Shown: positions 32,555 to 42,632, counted from the first letter of the stretch. The stretch: 63,788 nt of DNA from Thermoflexales bacterium (GCA_007125545.1 SLDA01000221.1:1-63788), one strand, 5' to 3'. Made by a program: numbers and translations. Notes: generated from the sequence alone by a model not told the origin.

Positions 32555-35500
32555 CTAGTCTGCGGCAACACCTTCGGTCTCGGAACCCCAGCTGTAGTCC
32601 ATATCGGCCAGCTGCTTGTACATATTCCAGCGCGCTTTAGCATCTGCTCGTGCCAGATCAAGCAACTCTGCGGCCCGGTCCGGCATCATCTGCTTCAAGC
32701 TTCGGAAGCGGACTTCATTGTACATGAAGTCTTTGATGTCTGCCTTCGGTTCGCGGGAGTCAAGCTGCAACGGGTTCTTGCCCTCATCGAGCAGCCGCGG
32801 GTCGTAACGGTAAAGTGTCCAGGCCCCGGAATCGACCGCTAACTTTTGCTGGTCGAACCCATACTTCATATCCTGCAGCCCGTGGGCGATACAGTGACTG
32901 TAAGCAATGACCAGGCTGGGGCCCTCATAGGACTCCGCCTCGCGGATAGCGCGCAGTGCCTGGGTGTCATTCGCTCCCATCGCAACCTGTGCCACGTAGA
33001 TATTGCCATAGGTCATGGCGATCCTTCCCAGGTCCTTCTTGGGCAACGGGCGTCCGGCGAATGCGAACTTTGCCACCGCGCCGCGGGGGGTCGCCTTGGA
33101 CATCTGACCGCCGGTATTGGAATAGACCTGGGTGTCGAGGACCAACACGTTGACATTACGACCCTGAGCTAGAACGTGGTCGAGGCCACCATAGCCAATG
33201 TCATAGGCCCATCCGTCACCACCAACAATCCAGACAGAACGTGGTACCAGAACCTCGGCCACACTCAGCAGATTCTTGGCCTCCTGACTTTCGTTCTTGG
33301 ACAGAATCGACCGTAGTTGGGCCACGCGCTCACGCTGGGCGGCATAGTCGACCTCAGTAACCTGCTCAGAATTGAGCAGCCCGTCCGATAGTTCATCGCC
33401 AAGATCGCCCCGGAAACGCTCGATCAACTCACGTGCGTACTGCTCATTCTTATCCAACGTCAGCCTATACCCATACCCAAACTCGGCGTTGTCCTCGAAG
33501 AGGCTGTTATTCCACGCCGGTCCCTGACCGTCGTTGTTGGTCGTAAAGGGCGTGGTCGGCATATGCCCGCCATAGATTGACGAACAGCCAGTCGCGTTGG
33601 CGATGACGGTGCGGTCGCCGAAGAGTTGTGATACCAGCCGGATGTACTGCGTTTCACCGCAGCCTGGGCACGCACCGTGGAACTCAAACAACGGCTCCAA
33701 GAATTGCGATCCCTTAACCGTTCCAAGATTCAACTTCGTCCGGTCATAGTGCGGAATCTCATCAGCGAAGAATCGCCAATACTCGGCTTCACGCTCGCGG
33801 ATGTCAAACACAGGCGTCATATTAATGGCCTTGCGCTCCGGATTGTGGCGATCTTTGGCAGGACACACCTCAACACAGAGACCACAACCGGTGCAGTCTT
33901 CGATGCTCTGCTGCACGGTGAACATCATATCCGAGAATTCCCGCCCCCGAGCTGCTACTGAGCGGAAGCCATCCGGCGCGCCTTCGAGCACGGCAGGCTC
34001 GTAGACCTTGGTGCGAATTACCGCGTGGGGGCAAGCCATCGCGCACTTGCCACACTGGATGCAGACATCGGGATCCCAGATCGGTGTCTCCAGCGCGATA
34101 TTGCGCTTCTCATACTGGGTCGTGCCTACAGGGAAGGTCCCGTCAGCCGGCATAGCCGAAACCGGGATTTGGTCCCCTTCCAACATGATCATGCGGGCAG
34201 TGACATCCTTCACGAAGTCAGGAACTTCGCCCTTGACCGCCGGCTGGAATTCAATGGGGCTGGTGGCCTGCTCCGGGACTTCGATCTTAACCATGTTCTC
34301 AAGAGAGTGATCAACTGCCAAGTTGTTCATCTCCACGATCTTGGTTCCACGACTACCATAACTCTTCTTGATCGTGTCCTTGATCTTGGCGATGGCTTCA
34401 TCCTTGGGAAGCACTCCTGAAAGGGCAAAGAAGCAGGTCTGCATAATGGTGTTAATGCGACCACCAAGGCCGACGTCCCGGGCGATATCGTAAGCATCGA
34501 TCACGTAGAACTCGAGTTCCTTATCGATAATAGTCTGCTGCACCTTCTGGGGGAGATGATCCCACGTCTCATCGGCCGGATAGGGGCTGTTCAGTAACAC
34601 CGTCGCGCCTTGCTCGGCATTACGCAGCACGTCGAACTTCTCAACGAAGCTAAACTGATGCACGCCAATGAAGTTGGCTGAGGTGATCAGGTAAGGATAG
34701 CGAATTGGGCGAGGCGCAAAGCGCAAGTGGGAAATGGTGATACCACCGGACTTCTTTGCATCGTAGAAGAAGTAGCCCTGGGCGTAGTTATCCGTCTCCT
34801 CACCAATGATCTTGATGCTATTCTTGTTGGCACCGACGGTTCCATCGGAACCGAGACCATAGAACAGCGCGCGCACGACCTCATCAGGCTCAATGTTGAA
34901 GCTCGGATCGTACTCAAGGCTGGTGTGGGTAACGTCATCGACGATACCTACGGTGAAGTGGTTCTTGGGGCTATCCTTCTGCAATTCATCGAAGACAGCC
35001 TTAGCCATCGCGGGAGTGAACTCCTTGCTGGAAAGACCGAAGCGCCCACCCACGATCCTCGCAGAGCGTCCACTCTCAGCCATAGCCGTAATCACGTCCT
35101 GATATAGGGGTTCTCCGGCACTGCCAGACTCCTTTGTCCGATCCAGCACCGCGATTACTTTGACGCTCGTTGGGAGCACGTCCGCAAAGTGTTCAATGCT
35201 AAAGGGACGGAAGAGGCGTACCTTGACAACACCGACCTTCTCCCCCTGCTCGACCAGGTAATTCACGGTTTCCTCAACCGTTTCTGCACCTGAGCCCATG
35301 ACGATAATCACGCGCTCTGCGTCCGGCGCGCCGGCATAGTCAAAGAGATGATACTGGCGCCCAGTTAGCTCGGCAAACGTATCCATCGCTTTCTGAACGA
35401 TTTCGGGGGTCTTGAGGTAGTACGGATTGACGGTCTCACGACCCTGGAAGTAGACGTCCGGTCCCTGCGACGTGCCGCGCACGACGGGATGATCAGGACT

Positions 35501-36127
35501 GAGTCCGCGCTGTCGATGCTCTCGCACCAACTCATCGCTGATCATAGCCCGAATCGTTTCATCCGAGAGCGCCTCGATCTTGCTGACCTCCGAGCTTGTC
35601 CGGAAGCCGTCAAAAAAGTGCACAAACGGCACCCGAGATTCGAGGGTTGCTGCCTGAGAGATGAGGGCGAAGTCCTGGGCCTCCTGGACCGAGTTGCTCG
35701 CCAAGAAGCCAAAGCCAGTAGCCCGCGCAGCGGTTATATCGCTGTGATCGCCAAAGATAGAAAGCGCTTGGGCTGACAGGCTGCGTGCGGAGACGTGGAA
35801 GACGGTCGGAGTAAGCTCTCCGGCGATCTTATACATATTGGGGATCATCAGCAACAATCCCTGAGAGGCGGTAAAGGTCGTTGTCAGTGCACCGGTCTGC
35901 AACGCGCCGTGTATCGCGCCGGCAGCGCCACCCTCCGACTGCATTTCGACAACGAGGGGCACGGAACCCCAGATATTCTGCTCCCCTTTAGCGGAGAGCT
36001 CATCCGCCAACTCGCCCATAGAAGTCGAGGGGGTAATGGGATAGATGGCTATGACCTCATTAGTCTTGTGTGCGACGGTCGAGCACGCGGTATTGCCATC
36101 TACAGTAATCATCGTACGTTCTGCCAT
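32555..36127 (-). CDS. nifJ: Pyruvate:ferredoxin (flavodoxin) oxidoreductase, single-polypeptide type
   Basis: About 1190 aa. Two ferredoxin-type clusters (CIQCGKCAMACP and CTGCGLCVEVCP) and a TPP-binding GGDGWAYDIG. Start at ATG 36127, which has a GGAGG 8 nt upstream. Confidence 0.95.
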   Translation of the reverse strand: MAERTMITVDGNTACSTVAHKTNEVIAIYPITPSTSMGELADELSAKGEQNIWGSVPLVVEMQSEGGAAGAIHGALQTGALTTTFTASQGLLLMIPNMYKIAGELTPTVFHVSARSLSAQALSIFGDHSDITAARATGFGFLASNSVQEAQDFALISQAATLESRVPFVHFFDGFRTSSEVSKIEALSDETIRAMISDELVREHRQRGLSPDHPVVRGTSQGPDVYFQGRETVNPYYLKTPEIVQKAMDTFAELTGRQYHLFDYAGAPDAERVIIVMGSGAETVEETVNYLVEQGEKVGVVKVRLFRPFSIEHFADVLPTSVKVIAVLDRTKESGSAGEPLYQDVITAMAESGRSARIVGGRFGLSSKEFTPAMAKAVFDELQKDSPKNHFTVGIVDDVTHTSLEYDPSFNIEPDEVVRALFYGLGSDGTVGANKNSIKIIGEETDNYAQGYFFYDAKKSGGITISHLRFAPRPIRYPYLITSANFIGVHQFSFVEKFDVLRNAEQGATVLLNSPYPADETWDHLPQKVQQTIIDKELEFYVIDAYDIARDVGLGGRINTIMQTCFFALSGVLPKDEAIAKIKDTIKKSYGSRGTKIVEMNNLAVDHSLENMVKIEVPEQATSPIEFQPAVKGEVPDFVKDVTARMIMLEGDQIPVSAMPADGTFPVGTTQYEKRNIALETPIWDPDVCIQCGKCAMACPHAVIRTKVYEPAVLEGAPDGFRSVAARGREFSDMMFTVQQSIEDCTGCGLCVEVCPAKDRHNPERKAINMTPVFDIREREAEYWRFFADEIPHYDRTKLNLGTVKGSQFLEPLFEFHGACPGCGETQYIRLVSQLFGDRTVIANATGCSSIYGGHMPTTPFTTNNDGQGPAWNNSLFEDNAEFGYGYRLTLDKNEQYARELIERFRGDLGDELSDGLLNSEQVTEVDYAAQRERVAQLRSILSKNESQEAKNLLSVAEVLVPRSVWIVGGDGWAYDIGYGGLDHVLAQGRNVNVLVLDTQVYSNTGGQMSKATPRGAVAKFAFAGRPLPKKDLGRIAMTYGNIYVAQVAMGANDTQALRAIREAESYEGPSLVIAYSHCIAHGLQDMKYGFDQQKLAVDSGAWTLYRYDPRLLDEGKNPLQLDSREPKADIKDFMYNEVRFRSLKQMMPDRAAELLDLARADAKARWNMYKQLADMDYSWGSETEGVAAD

Positions 36128-36200
36128 AGAAAGAACCTCCATAGAGTTAGCGATAAGGGTGAAAGACCGGCGCTAACACGGCCTATATTATCCAGGTTAG

Positions 36201-36229
36201 ATTATAGCATAGACGTATAAAGGGGTCAA
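36201..36229 (-). promoter_or_regulatory. Near-consensus sigma70-type promoter for the PFOR gene
   Basis: The minus strand reads TTGACC, 17-nt spacer, TATAAT. About 70 nt upstream of the ATG. Confidence 0.7.
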
Positions 36230-36305
36230 AAGGCAAATAGTCATCTCAAACAAGACAAACGTCAAGATTGTGGCACGTCTAGCTGCGGCTCGTCCGGTTC
36301 TACGC

Positions 36306-36333
36306 TTGCATTGTTGCCTAACTCCCCTACAAT
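36306..36333 (+). promoter_or_regulatory. Sigma70-like promoter about 380 nt upstream of the hybrid histidine kinase gene
   Basis: TTGCAT, 16-nt spacer, TACAAT. Confidence 0.45.
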
Positions 36334-36716
36334 CACAGTAACGGGCAGACGTGATCTGACTAGCTTACGCGCCTCTACCAGGAGTCAACCATACAAGCGC
36401 AAGACAGACATCCGACTCGGGCACCCCTACAGCGTGACGCACCGATCACCAGTTCGGCACGCCGCGCCCTGCTGCCTTGGCCGGGTACGGCATTTTGTCC
36501 TCTGTCCGCACCTCAGCCGGTTGGAAGAGAAGCTCAGATCCGCGCGATTGGCAGAGAGCCCTCTCGCTTTTTGAGCAGGGTCAAGATCCAAGGGCCATTC
36601 GTATACACGCCTGGCTCGTGGAGCTCCAGAACCGGTCCGACTTGCGTGCCTAGGATGGCTTCAGGCACACGCCACCCAAACTACCCTCACACCGCACTGA
36701 GCCTCTGTTGATAACC

Positions 36717-39293
36717 ATGGACTATTCCCTAAGAGTACTCGTGGTCGATGATTCAGAAGATGACGCCGCTCTCGTCACGCGCGTGCTGCAACGTGGGGGC
36801 TACACGGTCAGCACCAAGCGTGTAGAGACAGCCAGCGCGATGGAGTTGGCGCTGAGCCAGCAGCATTGGGATCTGGTTATTGCAGACTATATAATGCCGC
36901 AATTCAGCGGCCTCGCCGCCATCCAACTTCTCCAGGGAACGCAGCTGGATATCCCGATTATCCTCGTATCTGGCACCATTGGAGAGGAGGCCGCCGTTGC
37001 TGCCGTGAAGGCCGGCGCCAACGACTATGTAATGAAGGATAACCTGACCCGGCTCGTGCCGGCCGTACAGCGCGAGATTCGGGAATCGCTCTTGCGTCAG
37101 TCGCAGCGCGTAGCGGAGGAGCTACCACCGGATCTAGCCTACGCCGTTGAGCAAACTCCCGTTGTCGTCATCATCACGGACACTAACGGCCGGATCGATT
37201 ATGTCAATCCCTGCTTCAGCCAGCTCACCGGCTACAGCATCGAAGAAGTGTTGGGAAAGAGTGCCGGGATTATGATGTTCGGCCATACCCCGGGATCCAC
37301 CCATGATACTATCTGGGAGACCATTCGCAAGGGTCGGGAATGGAGTGGCGAGCTACAGAAACACAAGAAAAACGGCATGCCTTATTGGGTCTCCGCCTCA
37401 ATTTCTCCAATCCACGATCGCGATGGCAACATCACTCACTACATCACGGTTGAGGAAGATATCACAGAGCGCAAGCACAGCGAAACGGAACAAACCGCAC
37501 TCACGCATCGCATGCGCTATCTCAATATGGATCTCCGCCGGCGCGCCGACGAGTTGGCTGTGATCACGCGAGTCAGCCGCGAGATCATCTCGACGCGTGA
37601 CCTCGACCAGGTTTTCGCGTCAATCGCGCGCCATGCAGCAGAGTTCTCTAACTCAGACGCCAGCGGGGTCTTCGCCGTTCGCAAGGATTCCCGACTCTAC
37701 ATCGCACAAGCCTGCGGTGTCAGCGCCCGATTTCTTGATCGCATCGAGCATATCGGCATTGAACCGGCACAACCGGGTATCGGTCAGGCGGCGTCAGAGA
37801 AGCAACCTGTCCAGATTTCGAACATCGCGCAGACCGAGAACAATCCGCTTGCAACCGCCTATGCGGATGAGCGGATTCGTGCGCTGCTCGCGGTCCCTAT
37901 GATGCGCGATGAAGAGGTCATTGGCGGAATCGTGCTCTGGCAACGGGAGTTACGTAACTTTTCACCCCAGGTAATCGCCTTCATCCAGGCGCTCGCACAG
38001 CAGTGCGCGCATGCAGTTGAAAATGCCCGTCTCTTCGAGGCGGAGGCTCGCCGCCGCAGCGAGGCAGAGACGCTCTACACAGTTACGCAAGCGCTAAGCG
38101 CCACTCTTGATCTACCGCGCGTATTCGAGCTTATTTTGAGCGAACTGCAGAAAGTGGTGCCCTATGATAGCGCCTCAGTCCAACAACTCCAAGGCGATCA
38201 ACTCGTCATCATTGGTGGAAGAGGGTTTCCCAACCCAGAGGAGCTCCTTCAGCTCAGTTTCAATATCAGCCAAGGCAGCAATCCCAACCAAAGCGTTGTC
38301 GAGCACCGCAACGCAATAATCTTGGACAACGCCGCGGAGGACTACAGCGAATTCAAGAGGGAACCTCACGCACGGGCCAACATCCATTCCTGGCTAGGCG
38401 TTCCGCTGATCTTCGGAGATCGCGTGATTGGGATGATCGCCCTCGACAAGCACGAACCCGGATTCTACACAGAAGCGCATGCACGGATGGCGCAGGCTTT
38501 CGCAGCTCAAGCCGCGATCGCGATCGAAAATGCACGCCTCTTCGCCGAAGAGGAACGCCGCGTCTCAGAGTATGCTCGCGCTCTGGAACAACAGCAGGAA
38601 TTGGATCGCCTAAAAGACCAGTTCATCCAAAATGTATCCCACGAGCTGAGAACGCCGCTTGCCATTGCACGAGGCTATGCGGAACTGCTCGAGGCGGACG
38701 AACTGGGACCCCTGCTCCCCGAGCACCGTGAACCGATCGCGATCATCTCGCGCCGGCTCCGCATGCTCTCGCACCTGGTGAACGACATCAATGCGATTTT
38801 GTCGGTAGAGACGCAGGAACCGGACTTCGAGTGGCTCGATATCGGCGAGCTAGTAGGGACGCTGGAAGAGGACTTCCGAGGCTCCACCGCAGTGCGTGGG
38901 GTATCATTGACCATAGCTGTTGATGAGCGTCTCCCGCAGATCTTCGGAGATGCCATTCACCTTCGCAGAATGCTGGATAATCTCCTCAGCAATGCCCTGA
39001 AGTTTACCCCTGAAGGAGGTGAGATCAGGGTCGACGTGAGCCGTAATGGGACTCAGCTAATCGTGGCGGTTGCCGATACAGGGATCGGAATACCTGCGGA
39101 AAAGCACGACCGCATCTTTGAGCGCTTCTACCAGGTAGACGGTGGTATGAGCCGCCGCTATGGTGGCACTGGATTGGGCCTGGCGATCGTCAAGCGGATC
39201 GCGGAATTACATCACGGCACCGTCACCGTCGAGAGCGAGGTCGGCAAAGGGAGTACCTTCTATGTAACGTTGCCCTGTGAACAAGTCGCGTAG
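36717..39293 (+). CDS. Hybrid sensor histidine kinase: REC-PAS-GAF-GAF-HisKA-HATPase
   Basis: REC domain (VLVVDDSEDD...DLVIADY.MP), PAS (NGRIDYVNPCF..LTGYS.EEVLG), H-box SHELRTPL, G-boxes DTGIGIP and GGTGLGLAIV. Confidence 0.9.
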   Translation: MDYSLRVLVVDDSEDDAALVTRVLQRGGYTVSTKRVETASAMELALSQQHWDLVIADYIMPQFSGLAAIQLLQGTQLDIPIILVSGTIGEEAAVAAVKAGANDYVMKDNLTRLVPAVQREIRESLLRQSQRVAEELPPDLAYAVEQTPVVVIITDTNGRIDYVNPCFSQLTGYSIEEVLGKSAGIMMFGHTPGSTHDTIWETIRKGREWSGELQKHKKNGMPYWVSASISPIHDRDGNITHYITVEEDITERKHSETEQTALTHRMRYLNMDLRRRADELAVITRVSREIISTRDLDQVFASIARHAAEFSNSDASGVFAVRKDSRLYIAQACGVSARFLDRIEHIGIEPAQPGIGQAASEKQPVQISNIAQTENNPLATAYADERIRALLAVPMMRDEEVIGGIVLWQRELRNFSPQVIAFIQALAQQCAHAVENARLFEAEARRRSEAETLYTVTQALSATLDLPRVFELILSELQKVVPYDSASVQQLQGDQLVIIGGRGFPNPEELLQLSFNISQGSNPNQSVVEHRNAIILDNAAEDYSEFKREPHARANIHSWLGVPLIFGDRVIGMIALDKHEPGFYTEAHARMAQAFAAQAAIAIENARLFAEEERRVSEYARALEQQQELDRLKDQFIQNVSHELRTPLAIARGYAELLEADELGPLLPEHREPIAIISRRLRMLSHLVNDINAILSVETQEPDFEWLDIGELVGTLEEDFRGSTAVRGVSLTIAVDERLPQIFGDAIHLRRMLDNLLSNALKFTPEGGEIRVDVSRNGTQLIVAVADTGIGIPAEKHDRIFERFYQVDGGMSRRYGGTGLGLAIVKRIAELHHGTVTVESEVGKGSTFYVTLPCEQVA

Positions 39294-39402
39294 ATTGTCG
39301 GACTTGATAGCTGTATGGAAGCCGCTCGCCTGCAGGACAGGAACGGATTCGAGGCAGTTTGGCCGATGTATCTTGACACAAGAGGCGTCGCGTCACAAGG
39401 AA

Positions 39403-39434
39403 AAACGGCGGGGGAGTGGAAAACCCCGCCGTTT
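39403..39434. terminator. Hairpin terminator downstream of tRNA-Leu (minus strand) and of the kinase gene (plus strand)
   Basis: AAACGGCGGGG / CCCCGCCGTTT stem with a 10-nt loop. The minus strand continues with a T-run. Confidence 0.65.
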
Positions 39435-39443
39435 ACGATATAA

Positions 39444-39526
39444 TGCCGAAGGTGGGAGTCGAACCCACATGGGCTAAGCCCGAGCGAGTTTGAGTCGCTT
39501 GCGTCTGCCTATTCCGCCACTTCGGC
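39444..39526 (-). tRNA. tRNA-Leu (anticodon CAA)
   Basis: Manual fold: acceptor GCCGAAG/CTTCGGC, anticodon stem AGCGA/TCGCT with loop CTCAAAC, long variable arm CGGGC..GCCC, T-arm GTGGG-TTCGACT-CCCAC. CCA is not encoded. Confidence 0.9.
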
Positions 39527-39535
39527 CTGGCATAA

Positions 39536-39563
39536 AGTATAGCCAAAACGCGGAAGACGTCAA
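39536..39563 (-). promoter_or_regulatory. Sigma70-like promoter for tRNA-Leu
   Basis: The minus strand reads TTGACG, 16-nt spacer, TATACT, ending 9 nt upstream of the tRNA 5' end. Confidence 0.65.
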
Positions 39564-39632
39564 GCAGCTGGACAAGCAATGTAGTATGTGTCGGACTTCA
39601 TAGATAATGCAAATGGAGCAAGGATAAAACTG

Positions 39633-40271
39633 GTGAGCACCTATAGCTCACGTGCGGCGGAGTCACTGATAACACCTGTCGAGTCGTGGGACGAGGAAAC
39701 GTTGATCAATTCGGCACAGCGCGGCAGTGTCGATGCGTTCAACGAACTCATTCTACACTATCAAAGCCAGGTGTATAATCTCGCGCTTCACATTATGCAC
39801 GATGCCGCTGCCGCCGATGACGCCACGCAGGAGGCGTTCATCTCAGCCTATCGCGCGCTGAAGCAGTTCCGGGGCGGGTCGTTTCGTGCGTGGCTTTTGC
39901 GAATTGTCACGAACGCGTGTTACGACGAGCTTCGTCGTCAGAAGCGCCGTCCAAAAGTGTCCTGGGAAGATTTTGGGGATATGGAGGAAGAAGCCAACCC
40001 ACACCTGGTCGATGATGGCCCTCGACCTGAAGAGTCGTTGCAGCAGCGGGAGTTGCAAGCACTGCTGGAGCGCACCATCGCCAGATTACCGGAGCATCAC
40101 CGCACGACACTCGTTTTGGTGGATCGGCTGGGCCTTTCCTACGAGGAAGCCGCCGAAGCCATGGATGTCGCCCTGGGTACTGTGAAGTCGCGTCTGGCAC
40201 GCGCGCGGCGAGAGATGCAGAAATTGCTCCAAGACGAGCAGGAACTTTTACCGTCCCGCTATCGTCTATAG
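39633..40271 (+). CDS. ECF-type RNA polymerase sigma-70 family factor
   Basis: Region 2 (AFNELILHYQSQVYNLALHIM..DA.DATQEAFI.AY) and region 4 (LPEHHRTTLVLVDRLGLSYEEAAEAMDVALGTVKSRLARAR). GTG 39633 follows AAGGA; GTG 39588 is an alternative start. Confidence 0.85.
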   Translation: MSTYSSRAAESLITPVESWDEETLINSAQRGSVDAFNELILHYQSQVYNLALHIMHDAAAADDATQEAFISAYRALKQFRGGSFRAWLLRIVTNACYDELRRQKRRPKVSWEDFGDMEEEANPHLVDDGPRPEESLQQRELQALLERTIARLPEHHRTTLVLVDRLGLSYEEAAEAMDVALGTVKSRLARARREMQKLLQDEQELLPSRYRL

Positions 40272-40302
40272 GGTAATCAGTAATGTGGGAGGCGATGAGA
40301 TC

Positions 40303-41238
40303 ATGACCCAGAGGAGATGGAGCACCACAGAGGTCTCGGCGTACCTGGATGGGCAATTGGAGCCCAAACGTCAGGCCGCGCTTGAGGCTGACATGGAGCA
40401 CAATGTGGCCTTGCGGCGACGCATCGAAGAGATGCAGCATGTGGTATCGCTGCTTCGAGCCGAGCCGCTACGTGAGCCGCCGCGCAATTACCTATTGACT
40501 TCGTCGATGGTAGCCGAGGCCACACCACGTACAACGAAATCGGCGAAGCGGACGCCACTCCTGGTACTGCGCTTGGCAACATCGATGGTCACATTGGCAT
40601 TTGTGATTACCTTTGGGCTGACAGCACTGCAAGGGAACCTGATTCCCGGAATGCAGGCCCGATCATCAGCCGCCCCTGAGGCAGTCATGATGGATCAGCC
40701 GGTTGAGCCCGCTGAACCCGATGACGCACTGAGCGTAATGGTCATGCCGGAAGTCCTCACGGACAAAGATGATTTAGAGATGCCGGCGGAGGAAGGTGAG
40801 CCGGAAATGCTGTTAGCGCCACTGCCGGAAGCTGCTGGAGAGGAAGATGAGGTCGAGAGGGCCACGGCTGTGGAAAGCGCAGAGCCGGAGATGTCTGTGA
40901 TGACGGAAACCGACCCGGGCGACGAAGTCGTGATAGATGATGTTGAAGCGGCAGCCCTGGAGGAACCGCTTCCGTCTGACCGGGTCGATCTGCAGCGCGA
41001 GCCAAGCCCGGAAGCGGACGCCGCGATCGAGGACGGGGAACAGTTCCTGGCAGAAGACCCCGGTGAGGTCACCGGCGAGGACGTTCCAACAAGTCCGGTT
41101 GAAGATTCCGTAATGGTAGTGGGGCTCGATGAGGGAGGACTGTCACCCTGGATTTCACGAGGGCTGGGGATTGCAGCCGTGATCTTGGCCGCGGTCACCT
41201 TCTGGCTGACCTATCAGCCGTTGTCCCGCCGCAAGTAG
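40303..41238 (+). CDS. Anti-sigma factor-like membrane protein with an acidic low-complexity domain between two TM helices
   Basis: Immediately downstream of the ECF sigma gene. N-terminal VSAYLDGQLEP....LEADMEHN..LRRRIEEM anti-sigma-type helix, TM helices at LLVLRLATSMVTLAFVITFGL and GIAAVILAAVTFWL, and a D/E/P/A-rich segment between them. Confidence 0.6.
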   Translation: MTQRRWSTTEVSAYLDGQLEPKRQAALEADMEHNVALRRRIEEMQHVVSLLRAEPLREPPRNYLLTSSMVAEATPRTTKSAKRTPLLVLRLATSMVTLAFVITFGLTALQGNLIPGMQARSSAAPEAVMMDQPVEPAEPDDALSVMVMPEVLTDKDDLEMPAEEGEPEMLLAPLPEAAGEEDEVERATAVESAEPEMSVMTETDPGDEVVIDDVEAAALEEPLPSDRVDLQREPSPEADAAIEDGEQFLAEDPGEVTGEDVPTSPVEDSVMVVGLDEGGLSPWISRGLGIAAVILAAVTFWLTYQPLSRRK

Positions 41239-41249
41239 TTGGATGACAG

Positions 41250-41289
41250 GGACGCACTCACGTTTTCCGCTTGAGTGCGTCCTCTTTTT
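41250..41289 (+). terminator. Intrinsic terminator after the sigma/anti-sigma pair
   Basis: GGACGCACTCA / TGAGTGCGTCC 11-bp stem with an 11-nt loop, followed by TCTTTTT. Confidence 0.8.
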
Positions 41290-41466
41290 GTGCCAGCATA
41301 CCACCCAAGGGCGCGCAGATCTGGTGGCTGTGGTTTGGCAGTGCAAATTGTGCTCACGGCTAAGAGGTAGGACTCTACCGGTAGATAAGGGGATGCAACT
41401 CTTGATGCAGACAGCCGCGATGAGGTCGCTACCAGACTATTGCTACCCAAAAAGGACAAAGTAAGG

Positions 41467-42564
41467 ATGTCATCTGGATTTTTCCGTTGCCAAATGCGTA
41501 CCTTGCTCCTGCTCAGCATCGTACTGTTACCTTTCTTGGCAGGCTGTGGTTCGCTAATTAGGATCGGCGGGAGCAGAGGCTTTAGCGCACGGTCACAAGA
41601 GACACCAACCGTCCTGGAATTATCCGAAGAGCTACGTCCCACGAAGGCGCGCGTACCAGCCAAGAGTGCTCCATCGACAGTGACGCGGATGGCTGCGGCA
41701 CGGGCGACGCGGACGCCCTCGGGTCCTCCGACCGCCGTTCCCCCAACAACGACACCTCAGCCACCCCTTACTCCTACAGCGTCTGCCGCGCCAACAGCCA
41801 TCCCCTCGCCAACGGCAACCGCTACCCCTTCTCTGACGCCTACCGCGACCTACCCTCCGCCACCGGAAGCTGTCAACGTGCCGATCCTGATGTACCATTA
41901 CGTATCCGAAATGCCCGCCGATGCCGATGTATACCGGCGCGACCTTACAGTCACACCAGATCGCTTTGAGGCGCAGCTACAGTATCTCAAAGAAGAAGGC
42001 TACACAACAGTGACGTTAGCCGACATCTATGAGACTCTCACAGCGGGGAAACCGTTACCCCCCCGCCCCATCGTCTTGAGCTTCGACGACGGCTACAAAG
42101 ATGCCTACACGCACGTACTGCCGCTTCTACTTGAATACGGCTTTGTTGGTGAGTTCTTCGTCCTTGCCACGCCGGCACACTACGAAGCTCCTCATTACTT
42201 ATCCTGGAATGATATGAAAGAGATGGCTGATGCAGGCATGTCGATGCAGGCTCACGGACGTGATCATCTCGAGCTGACGAATAGGAGCTACGAGTTTCTT
42301 GTCTACCAGATTCTGGGATCGCGTGAAGCTGTCGAGGCGCATACCGGACAGCCCGTCCGCTTCTTCTGCTATCCGTCCGGGCGCCACGATGCTGATGCGC
42401 GGGCGGTCGTGGCGTCAGCGGGCTATTGGGGTGCTGTGACGACGGCATGGGGCACCGAACTGCGTCTCGATAACCGGTACGCCTGGCCACGCATTCGGAT
42501 CAAAGGGGCCTGGGATTTGCCCAGCTACGCCAGTGTTTTGAGCAGCTTGGAACTTGATCCATAG
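41467..42564 (+). CDS. Polysaccharide deacetylase (NodB homology domain) lipoprotein
   Basis: Lipobox LAGCG, a Pro/Thr-rich linker, and NodB motifs ILMYHY and LSFDDGYKD. Confidence 0.85.
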   Translation: MSSGFFRCQMRTLLLLSIVLLPFLAGCGSLIRIGGSRGFSARSQETPTVLELSEELRPTKARVPAKSAPSTVTRMAAARATRTPSGPPTAVPPTTTPQPPLTPTASAAPTAIPSPTATATPSLTPTATYPPPPEAVNVPILMYHYVSEMPADADVYRRDLTVTPDRFEAQLQYLKEEGYTTVTLADIYETLTAGKPLPPRPIVLSFDDGYKDAYTHVLPLLLEYGFVGEFFVLATPAHYEAPHYLSWNDMKEMADAGMSMQAHGRDHLELTNRSYEFLVYQILGSREAVEAHTGQPVRFFCYPSGRHDADARAVVASAGYWGAVTTAWGTELRLDNRYAWPRIRIKGAWDLPSYASVLSSLELDP

Positions 42565-42632
42565 ATTCACCAACCGCTGGATTGACGACCTCTTGCTTGC
42601 CCTTATACTCAAAGGCTCAGGAAGGAGCTATC

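Noticed and set aside
36311-36574. 87-aa ORF in the PFOR/kinase intergenic region
   Set aside because: It starts at a TTG inside the predicted promoter, lacks an RBS, and has an Arg/Ser/Pro/Leu-rich non-protein-like composition. It is treated as non-coding leader or possible sRNA instead.
39294-39632. tRNA-Leu locus as a possible genomic-island integration site (also tRNA-Glu at 63682-63754)
   Set aside because: There is no integrase, excisionase or transposase, no direct repeat of the tRNA 3' end, and no phage-like genes on either side. The flanking genes look like ordinary chromosomal regulators.
40695-41198. 167-aa Ser/Gly/Thr-rich minus-strand ORF
   Set aside because: It is the mirror image of the acidic low-complexity region of the anti-sigma-like gene, so it is an artefact of compositional bias.
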